Assembly (NCBI GenBank): GCA_035285865.1
Contig: JAYKHS010000003.1
Location: 32,001-96,000, forward strand
Direction of reading: 5' to 3'
From: Candidatus Sericytochromatia bacterium
GTDB lineage: Bacteria; Cyanobacteriota; Sericytochromatia; S15B-MN24; VGJW01
DNA: 64,000 nucleotides
Under the pieces are notes generated by a model. The model was given only the letters and a program-made list of their open reading frames with translations, was not told the DNA's origin and made no database searches. Shown one piece after another: positions 56,682 through 64,000 of the stretch (positions within the stretch are counted from its first letter, which is position 1; every line of letters starts with the position of its first letter). The translations under genes and the position numbers were made by a program.

Positions 56682-57734
56682 TCAATGGCCTGCTTCTGCC
56701 GGTTGCTCCGCGGGGACCATCGCCGCATCCGGCGGAGGCGGCGGAGGCGCGGCCTGGTCTGCCCGGCGGCGCTTGCGTTTCTTGCGGCGGGGGCGGTCCT
56801 GGCCGGCGTTCGCGCCCACCGCGGGCGAAACGGACTGGGAAGCGACCCAGACATGGTCCTTCTCAGCAACCCGCAGCATGTAAGGCAGGTTGTAGCGCGG
56901 TCGATCGTTGATCTGGGACGGCACGATGAACCGGGCCTTGTTGCCCTGGTCGACGTAGTAGGCCTCCTCGAGACCCTCGTTCTGGGCAATGCGCACCGCT
57001 TCCTCGCGCGTCCGGGGAGGCGTCTTCATGACCACGAGATGGTCGTTCGCCGAGCGACCGACGATCAGGCGTTCACGGGGAATGGCATCGTGCAGACGCT
57101 GCTTCAGGCCGGAATAGGGATCCGAATACTCGGGACGCGGACCGTAACTGTTGAAAAGGTAGCCGAGGCCACCGATGAAGACGCGGTAGTTGTCCTCATC
57201 GCCATCTTGCCAGCTGCCGAAGCCGAAGCGGATGTTGCCCCGCTTGGTCTGCGCCATGAAGTACCGACGGTTGGCGAAGCCCCGGCTTTCCTTCGACGCG
57301 GGGATCAGTTCCCCGTAGAAGTAAAGGTCCCCGATGACCTTGGCGTCATAGTCCGTGCCGCCCTCCTCCTCGAAGAACGGCCCCGTGAAGTAAAGTAGGG
57401 CATTCGTATCCTGGAAGGCAGTCTGCTCGACGGTCCAGCCACGCGCAAGATCGATGCGCACCTTGCGGGTATTGACGTCCGCCTTGAGCACGCCGTTGTC
57501 CTCGACGATCCGGACGCCCTTGCCGGGCTCGTCCGCGAGGCGCGCCACGATTTCGGGCGGTTCGGGGATGAGGCGCTTCCAGATGACGCCGGCCCCGGCG
57601 CCCACGAGGAAGAAATTGCCGAGGACAAAGGGAACGGCCAGCGCACGCAGGAACCACCCGAGGGCCCCCGGGCCGCGCCGAGCAGGCCGCGGCGGCATCG
57701 ACGGCGCGGCTGGGCGGGTGGACAGACCTGCCAT
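56682..57734 (-). CDS. Membrane-anchored protein, divergent phosphodiester-glycosidase (NAGPA-like) fold
   Basis: N-terminal TM; RLIVGRS...HLVV...TREEA.RIA...GLEEAYYVDQG resembles RtaiG..A.nLDGGGS; basic/Pro tail. Confidence 0.5.
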   Translation of the reverse strand: MAGLSTRPAAPSMPPRPARRGPGALGWFLRALAVPFVLGNFFLVGAGAGVIWKRLIPEPPEIVARLADEPGKGVRIVEDNGVLKADVNTRKVRIDLARGWTVEQTAFQDTNALLYFTGPFFEEEGGTDYDAKVIGDLYFYGELIPASKESRGFANRRYFMAQTKRGNIRFGFGSWQDGDEDNYRVFIGGLGYLFNSYGPRPEYSDPYSGLKQRLHDAIPRERLIVGRSANDHLVVMKTPPRTREEAVRIAQNEGLEEAYYVDQGNKARFIVPSQINDRPRYNLPYMLRVAEKDHVWVASQSVSPAVGANAGQDRPRRKKRKRRRADQAAPPPPPPDAAMVPAEQPAEAGH

Positions 57735-57896
57735 CTTCAGGGTGATGCGGCTCGGAGAAGGGGCATGGAGACCAAGGAAAAGCGCGCCTCCCACGGGGCA
57801 TGTTACTCGGCGCGGCAACGGCTGGGCAACTCCGGCAGCCGAATTGCGGCCTGACCACGCGGGCATGGTCGACAACTTCGGCGGCAAGTCCTTACC

Positions 57897-58889
57897 ATGA
57901 GCAATACAGGGGGTTCGCAGATGCTCGATCGCGCGACGAAGATCAAGATTCACGACCTGATGGTCAAGACGCGGTGCACGGAAGAAACCGCGATCTCGAT
58001 GAACAAGCAGGGCGAAGGTTTCTTCTGGATCGGTGGTGCCGGAGAAGAGGCCTTCGGTGTTTCGCTCGGCCTGCAGATTCGCAAGGGACAGGGCCCGGCC
58101 TACGACTACCTGCACCTTCACTATCGCGGAGCACCCATCGCCATCGCGATGGGCGCCGAACCCATCGACCAGATTCGGCAGATGCGGGCAACGGCTACCG
58201 ACCGATATTCGGGCGGCCGCCAATTCGTCGAGCACTTCGCCATTCCCGAGTGGAACATCGTGCCCGTCACCCCGACCATCGAGACCCAGTACCTGATGGC
58301 CCCGGGTACCGCCCACGTCCAGCGGCGCTTCGGGGGTGAGGGTCTGACAGTCGTGACGGGAGGCGATGCGGGCACGGCCGAAGGTGACTTCCACTGCTGC
58401 CTGAACTGGGCCAGCCGGCCGGGCGAGGAGCTGCCGATGCTCATCGTCGTCACCCACAACAAGTTCGGTATCAGCACGCCGTCCAGCCAGGTGCAGGCCT
58501 CGCGCGAGCTCAACCGGCAGGCCGAACCTTTCGGCATTCGCAACTCGATGCATGACGGCAACGATGTCGAAGAAATCTGGGCGGCCCTCGAGGAGGCCAT
58601 CTCCTACATCCGCAAGGAGCGCAAGCCTTACGTCCTTCAGGCGAACGTCAGCCGGATCTTCGGTCACTCGTCCGCGACCGGCGCCAACCGCGTGCCCGAG
58701 GTCGACTGCATCACCGCCTTCGAAGACAAGTTGATCAAGGACGGCATCATGACCCGCAGCGAGATCGATGCCGTCTGGAAGAAGTGGAAAGACCACCTCA
58801 AGGAGTGCCTCGCCCAGGTCCGCCAGGAACCGCTTCCCGACGGCGGGGACATCTGGCGCCACGTCTTCGCCGAACCAGCCACCGTCTGA
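57897..58889 (+). CDS. 2-oxoacid (probably branched-chain) dehydrogenase E1 alpha subunit
   Basis: GEEA, HYRG, TPP motif GDAGTAEGDFH...NKFGIST, RIFGHSS. Confidence 0.9.
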   Translation: MSNTGGSQMLDRATKIKIHDLMVKTRCTEETAISMNKQGEGFFWIGGAGEEAFGVSLGLQIRKGQGPAYDYLHLHYRGAPIAIAMGAEPIDQIRQMRATATDRYSGGRQFVEHFAIPEWNIVPVTPTIETQYLMAPGTAHVQRRFGGEGLTVVTGGDAGTAEGDFHCCLNWASRPGEELPMLIVVTHNKFGISTPSSQVQASRELNRQAEPFGIRNSMHDGNDVEEIWAALEEAISYIRKERKPYVLQANVSRIFGHSSATGANRVPEVDCITAFEDKLIKDGIMTRSEIDAVWKKWKDHLKECLAQVRQEPLPDGGDIWRHVFAEPATV

Positions 58890-58908
58890 ACCGCCGGGAG
58901 AATTTCGC

Positions 58909-60018
58909 ATGGCCACTTACGCGCAGGGCATTAGACTCGCCCTTCACTACGCCGAGGAGAACCTAGGCCTGACCGATGTCTTCGGTGAAGACGTCGGACC
59001 ACCGCTGGGCGGTGTCTTCACTGCCACCCAAGGCATCAAATGCGCCTGGAACTCACCGCTCGACGAGCGCGGGATTATCGGCATGGCCATCGGCATCGCC
59101 TTGGCCGGCGGTCGTCCCGTTGCGGAGATCCAGTTCGCCGACTACATCTTCAACACGATAGACATGCTGAAACTGGCCGGCAACCTGCGCTGGTCCAGCT
59201 ACGGGAACTACGGCGTGCCGCTGGTCATCATGACCCCGGTTGGAGCGGGCATCCACGGCTCCATCTACCACTCGCATTCCTTCGAGAGCATGGCGACCCA
59301 TATCCCCGGATTCAAGGTGGTCGCGCCTTCGAACGCGCTGGACGCCTATGGCCTGATGCTGTCGTCCATCGTCGACCCGGACCCGGTGCTCTATCTGAAG
59401 TCCAAGTTCCTCATGCGGGTCAAGGGCGAGCATCTGATCCCCGGCGAACCCGCCGATCTTGCCGAACTCAACAAGCGAATCAACGCTCCCATCGGCGATC
59501 GCAGCAAGTGGAAGCCGGACTGGCCGGCGGTCGAAGACTATCGGGTGCCCATCGGCAAGGCGTCGGTCGTGCGGGAAGGCTCGGACCTGACGGTCATCAC
59601 CTACAGCCGTCACGTACTGGAGTGCACCCGGGCCGCAGACCAGCTCCGCGGCGAGGGCATCTCCTGCGAGGTTATCGACCTGCGCACGCTTTTCCCCGTG
59701 GATTGGCCGACCTTGCGCCGCAGCGTGGCCAAGACCCGCCGTGTCCTCGTCGTCAACGAGGACACCGAGGTCACGAACTACGGCGAGCACCTGATCCGCA
59801 AGCTGACGGAAGAGTTCTTCTTCGACCTGCAGGTGGCTCCGCGTCTGCTCGCCGGAGCCAACGTCCCCGGCGTGGGCATCTCGATTCCGCTCGAGGAAGC
59901 CAGCGTGCCCCAGTACCGCGATGTTCTCGAGACGATGCGGGACGTGGCGACCCAGCCAGGTCGCGGGACAGGCGGGGAGTGGCCTCTGCTGCCCGAGACC
60001 GTCTTCGGCCGCCGCTGA
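58909..60018 (+). CDS. 2-oxoacid dehydrogenase E1 beta subunit
   Basis: FGEDV..GGVF, PVAEIQFADY, YHSHS, EVIDLRTL.P.D. Confidence 0.92.
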   Translation: MATYAQGIRLALHYAEENLGLTDVFGEDVGPPLGGVFTATQGIKCAWNSPLDERGIIGMAIGIALAGGRPVAEIQFADYIFNTIDMLKLAGNLRWSSYGNYGVPLVIMTPVGAGIHGSIYHSHSFESMATHIPGFKVVAPSNALDAYGLMLSSIVDPDPVLYLKSKFLMRVKGEHLIPGEPADLAELNKRINAPIGDRSKWKPDWPAVEDYRVPIGKASVVREGSDLTVITYSRHVLECTRAADQLRGEGISCEVIDLRTLFPVDWPTLRRSVAKTRRVLVVNEDTEVTNYGEHLIRKLTEEFFFDLQVAPRLLAGANVPGVGISIPLEEASVPQYRDVLETMRDVATQPGRGTGGEWPLLPETVFGRR

Positions 60019-60074
60019 CTGGCTGCGGCCGGGGTATGGGACGCTTGTCCCGATCCAATGCGCGAGGCCTCTCC

Positions 60075-61868
60075 ATGGTCGCCAGAATGCTCTCCTTCCT
60101 GACGGCAGGTCTGATCGGTCTGACCGTGGCGACACCGGCCTTGGCGTGTGGCGGCTTTTTCTGCACCCGTGCGCCGGTAGATCAGGCCGGCGAGCGGGTG
60201 GTCTTCGCCGTAGACGGCGAGGAAGTGACGGCCATCGTGCAGGTCCAGTACCAAGGCCCGGCCGAGGAGTTCGCGTGGGTCATACCCGTGCCGGTCGAAC
60301 CCAAGGTGGGCATCGGCAGCGAGGCGCTGTTCGCGCGGCTGGGCGCCGCGACGCGACCGACCTATCGCCTCGAGGTCCAGACCACGGGCACCTGCAAGTC
60401 GGCATCCCGGGGCTTCTTCGACTTCGGCGGCGTGAACGCGACTTCGGCGGCGATGCCCGAGGCGGCAATGAAATCGGCCGATGGCGTGACGGTCGTGGCA
60501 CAAAAGGCCGTCGGCCCCTATGAAACCGTCACGCTGCGCTCGGACGATCCCGAAGCCCTTGCCAAGTGGCTCCGGACAAACGGCTATCAGATTCCGGAGA
60601 CGCTGGATCCGCTCCTTGCCCCGTACATCCGCAGCCGGCACCTTTTCGTGGCGCTGCGCCTGAAGAAAGACCGCAGCACGGGCGACCTTCAGCCGATCAC
60701 GCTAAGGATGCGCGAAGCTTATCCTTGCGTCCCCATCCGACTGACGGCAGTAGCCGCCACGCCCAACATGCCCATCACGCTCTGGGTCTTCGGGGAGGGG
60801 CGCGCCATTCCGCGGAACTATCGGCACGTTCACCTGAATGAGGCCTTGATTGACTGGCAGGGCGCCACGTCCATGGCCGTGACCTCTCCTCAGGCCCCGT
60901 TCGCGGCCTCGGCACCCAACTATGATGCAATCGTCAGCCAGGCCATCACCGAAGCCGGGGGCAACGGCTGGGTCACGGAAAAGGCCGGACCGACGACTGA
61001 CCTGCAACTGGATGCGGAACCTGGTCTCGACAAGGACCGACTGCTGACGATGCCCGGGCCGCGGGATCTGGCTTTCGCACTTGCTCGCGCAGGCTTGCCG
61101 GGTTCGGCCCTGCAGGGCCTCCTGCGTCGCCATCTGCCGCTTCCGACGGAATTCGCCGCCTCAGGTTGGACGGAGGACCGCTACTGGGCTTGGTATGGAT
61201 TCGTGACAACAGGCAACGGCATCACGGCCTCGGCCAACGGCTTCGTGTCGGTGGGTCCTTCCCTTGCCGGCGAGCCGGCAGCAGTGCCGGCCGGCTTCTC
61301 GGTACCTGCCTTCGTGGCCGACCTGGACGAGACCTACATCTCGCCGATGCGCGAGGCAGCCGCCCTGATCCGGCGCAATCCTACGATGACCCGGTTCTAC
61401 ACGACGATGTCCCCGGAACAGATGACGGAGGATCCGACGTTCTCCTTCCACCCGGGCATGGCCGGCGTGGCCTCGGACCATCTGGCACGCGGCGAACGGC
61501 TCTGTTCGGACCAGGTGACCTTCGAGGAGGCACCCGTCCGCGTGACCCTCGCCAATGGACAGACCTTCACGCTGACCAGCAGCAGGCGCGTCGTCCCGAT
61601 GGGCACCATGCCTGCGGCAGCCCGGATCGAACGGCTCTTTGAGGACCGCGATGCCGAAGTGGTCATCGACAATGTGGGCCGCATTGCCGAGTCCCTGAAA
61701 GCCATCGCTGGCGTGGTGCAGAGCCAACCGGGATGCGGTTGCAGCAACCCGGTCCAAACGGCCGGCATGCCCGATGCAGGGCGAGGCGAAGCCATGTTGC
61801 TGGCCGGCGTTTGGAGTGGTTTCGCGTGGTGGCGTCTGCGCCGCCGCCGCCCGGATCGGGACGACTGA
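60075..61868 (+). CDS. DUF2330-family secreted protein with MYXO-CTERM-like C-terminal anchor
   Basis: Signal peptide then ACGGFFC, FAWVIPVP, WLRTNGY, PIRLTAVAA; tail GCGCS...hydrophobic helix...RLRRRR. Confidence 0.8.
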   Translation: MVARMLSFLTAGLIGLTVATPALACGGFFCTRAPVDQAGERVVFAVDGEEVTAIVQVQYQGPAEEFAWVIPVPVEPKVGIGSEALFARLGAATRPTYRLEVQTTGTCKSASRGFFDFGGVNATSAAMPEAAMKSADGVTVVAQKAVGPYETVTLRSDDPEALAKWLRTNGYQIPETLDPLLAPYIRSRHLFVALRLKKDRSTGDLQPITLRMREAYPCVPIRLTAVAATPNMPITLWVFGEGRAIPRNYRHVHLNEALIDWQGATSMAVTSPQAPFAASAPNYDAIVSQAITEAGGNGWVTEKAGPTTDLQLDAEPGLDKDRLLTMPGPRDLAFALARAGLPGSALQGLLRRHLPLPTEFAASGWTEDRYWAWYGFVTTGNGITASANGFVSVGPSLAGEPAAVPAGFSVPAFVADLDETYISPMREAAALIRRNPTMTRFYTTMSPEQMTEDPTFSFHPGMAGVASDHLARGERLCSDQVTFEEAPVRVTLANGQTFTLTSSRRVVPMGTMPAAARIERLFEDRDAEVVIDNVGRIAESLKAIAGVVQSQPGCGCSNPVQTAGMPDAGRGEAMLLAGVWSGFAWWRLRRRRPDRDD

Positions 61869-61997
61869 TCCACCAAATGGATTAGGCCAAGGGAAACGAG
61901 GCCTGCCTGGCTGCCTGGCAGCATCCTTGAGGGGTGCCCGGCACGCACCCGCGTGGTCGGGCCAATCCAAGGCCCACAACCAACCAGGAGGAATCCC

Positions 61998-62489
61998 ATG
62001 GCTGTCGACAGACTCATGGCCGTCAAGCAGCACACCGCCGTATCCGAGGGGCTCTGCAAGCTCCTTGCCGACACCTACACCCTGCAAATGAAGACCCAGT
62101 ACTTCCACTGGAACGTCACGGGAGCCCAGTTCGACACCCTGCACCGGCTCTTCGAGCGTCAGTACGAGAAGCTCTTCGCTGCCTGCGACGACCTTGCCGA
62201 GCGCATTCGCGCCCTGGGTAACGTCGCCCCGTCGGGCTACAGCGAGTATGGTCGCCAGACGCGGATCGAGGAACCCAATGGCAGCGTGCCGGCGGCCCAC
62301 GACATGCTCGGTCAGTTGTTGAAGGACCACGAGGTACTCGAGAAGGAAGCGCGTGCGATGCTGGAGATTTGCAGGACGGCCAAGGACCCCGTCACGGAGG
62401 ACCTCGTCATCGAGCGCATGGAGGCGCATGACCGGATGGCCTGGCAGCTGCGCAGCCTGGTCGAGGGTGAACAGGGCGCCCGGAGCTGA
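61998..62489 (+). CDS. dps: Dps ferritin-like DNA protection protein
   Basis: LADTY, FHWNVTG, LHRLFE, DDLAERIRALG, W.LRS; AGGAGG RBS. Confidence 0.95.
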   Translation: MAVDRLMAVKQHTAVSEGLCKLLADTYTLQMKTQYFHWNVTGAQFDTLHRLFERQYEKLFAACDDLAERIRALGNVAPSGYSEYGRQTRIEEPNGSVPAAHDMLGQLLKDHEVLEKEARAMLEICRTAKDPVTEDLVIERMEAHDRMAWQLRSLVEGEQGARS

Positions 62490-62500
62490 AGAAGTACGGC

Positions 62501-62528
62501 CCACCCCGGACGCATGCGTCCGGGGTGG
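62501..62528. terminator. Perfect 28-bp palindrome after dps (hairpin, no U tract)
   Basis: CCACCCCGGACGCATGCGTCCGGGGTGG. Confidence 0.5.
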
Positions 62529-62579
62529 CACCCGGAGGGGTAAGATCGCATCGGGTCCCGTTCCGGAAAGGGCTGCTCG

Positions 62580-63092
62580 ATGCGACGTCTGCTTCTCACC
62601 CTGCTGATGCTTGCGGCCATACCCGCAACGAGCCTGCCCGCTCTCGCGCAGGGCTCAACGTCCCCCAAGCCTGCCGTCGGGGCATCCAATCCCATCGCCA
62701 AGGCGCTGGATCGGCTGGGCTATCGCTACCGACAGGATGAGGACGGTGATTTCAGCTTGGTCTTCGAGACCGAGAACAAGCGCAGCCAGATGGTCTGGAT
62801 CAACGGCGAGACCGAGACCTATGGACCCTACGACATCATCGAGGTGTGGTCCCCGGCCTATCGCTTCCGTGGGCCGCTCGAGCGGGCGGAAGGCTACATG
62901 GAAGCCAGCCAGGTCAAAAAGCTGGGGGCATGGCAGATCGCCCGAAACCCGGACGGCGAAGGCATCTTGATGTTCGTTGCCAAGCTGACGGCCCCGCCCA
63001 CCGAAGCCGGTCTGGACGCCGCCATCCATCTCGTCATCGATGTGGCGGATCGCATGGAAGCCCAGCTCACCGATGGAGGCGATGCACTGTGA
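62580..63092 (+). CDS. Secreted YbjN/T3S-chaperone-fold-like protein
   Basis: Signal peptide; LDRLGYRY..DEDGDF.L.F...RSQ.V pattern. Confidence 0.6.
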   Translation: MRRLLLTLLMLAAIPATSLPALAQGSTSPKPAVGASNPIAKALDRLGYRYRQDEDGDFSLVFETENKRSQMVWINGETETYGPYDIIEVWSPAYRFRGPLERAEGYMEASQVKKLGAWQIARNPDGEGILMFVAKLTAPPTEAGLDAAIHLVIDVADRMEAQLTDGGDAL

Positions 63093-64000
63093 AGACACCC
63101 TTGCCTGCCTTGACTCTGCTTGCCGCAAGCGCGCTGCTTGCGGCGTCACCCGCCGAGGCCCTGCAGATGAAATTGCGGTTCGGAGGCCGACCATTGCCCA
63201 AGGATGCCCACAAACCCGTGGAACTCGAGATTACGGTGACGGACGACGAAGGTGGTGTGCCCTCCGTATTGCTGCCACATCACGAGAAGATGATGCATTT
63301 GGTGGCCGTGCCCGAAGATCTGGACGACCTGGTGCACATCCATCCTGCGGATCTCGGCCAAGGCCGATTCCGGCTCACCATTCGGGACAAGCGCCTGAAG
63401 AACGACATCGACAACGGTCAGGCCGTGGCGGCGTTTGCCCGCCCCGGTGCCTGGTGGGTCTTTGCCGAGGTATCGGACTTTCCGGAACAGACCGTCCTGC
63501 TGACAGACCGCGTCGTCGTCCCGGGGAAGTCCACGACCCTGCCCATGCCGAATCCGATGAGGTGGGCAGGCGACGTCGCCACCGCATCGGTCGCCCTGGG
63601 AGATGTTGCTGCCATGGCAACGTGGACGCGCTCCCGGCGGCCGAATGGCACGCTCGTCCTCACGTGTCGCCTGAGTGACCGTGCCGGGGTGGAATCCGAG
63701 GGCTTCCTGCCCTGGCTGGGCATGACGGCCCACGGCGTGCTGGTCGGCAAGGGGCCGGACGGTCCGATATTCCGCCACCTGCATCCGGAAGGCGGCATGG
63801 TCCATGGTGCCGGTGGTCATGGCGGAGGCAACGGTGCAGGGCACGGGGATGGGGGGAAGCATTCGGGCGCTCACGGTGGCCATCACGACCATCATGGTCA
63901 TCACGCCGAGCCGACCTGGCCGGGCAAATGGACCTTCGTGCTGGGACCCGACGAAGCGGTGCCCGGGGGCGTCTACCGCTTCTGGCTGCAGACACGTCTG
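63089..64000 (+). CDS. Secreted His-rich putative metal-binding protein (runs off the window end)
   Basis: GTGA overlap. MKTPLPALTLLAASALLAASPAEA signal, HHEKMMHLVAVPEDLDDLVHIHP, second repeat LPWLGMTAHGV...FRHLHP, then a Gly/His tract. Absent from the ORF track because no stop is in the window. Confidence 0.8.
   Translation, partial: MKTPLPALTLLAASALLAASPAEALQMKLRFGGRPLPKDAHKPVELEITVTDDEGGVPSVLLPHHEKMMHLVAVPEDLDDLVHIHPADLGQGRFRLTIRDKRLKNDIDNGQAVAAFARPGAWWVFAEVSDFPEQTVLLTDRVVVPGKSTTLPMPNPMRWAGDVATASVALGDVAAMATWTRSRRPNGTLVLTCRLSDRAGVESEGFLPWLGMTAHGVLVGKGPDGPIFRHLHPEGGMVHGAGGHGGGNGAGHGDGGKHSGAHGGHHDHHGHHAEPTWPGKWTFVLGPDEAVPGGVYRFWLQTRL

Noticed and set aside
56682..61868. Apparent 744-aa and 942-aa fusion ORFs
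   Set aside because: Their 5' parts overlap the E1 genes in other frames or strands. Real starts are about 57734 and 60075.

Overview
GC-rich bacterial chromosome segment, mostly core and envelope genes: nrdJ, yggS-sepF-proC-yggT, valS, infC-rpmI-rplT with an L20-leader attenuator, glmS-hemB, rsmI-polA, hspR-clpC, 2-oxoacid dehydrogenase E1 alpha/beta and dps. The ClpC N-terminus and the yggS-sepF-proC order look cyanobacterial, yet no photosynthesis machinery is present, so a non-photosynthetic relative of Cyanobacteria (e.g. Sericytochromatia) is inferred. The first ~3 kb is an AT-rich island edge encoding a HEPN-NACHT/STAND fusion (candidate anti-phage protein). Main leads: (1) a chlorophyll synthase (ChlG)-like prenyltransferase with eroded Asp motifs; (2) a coupled three-gene operon (NHLP-leader-like peptide, radical SAM/SPASM enzyme whose AuxI cysteines all read Ser, MfnF/hydantoinase-like protein) divergent from an S8 protease, a candidate RiPP system; (3) the HEPN-STAND gene; (4) a 987-aa pre-toxin-like/PG-binding/LysM protein; (5) several apparent pseudoenzymes. 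No rRNA, tRNA, CRISPR array or intact transposase was seen. All family calls come from motif recognition by eye, not database searches.
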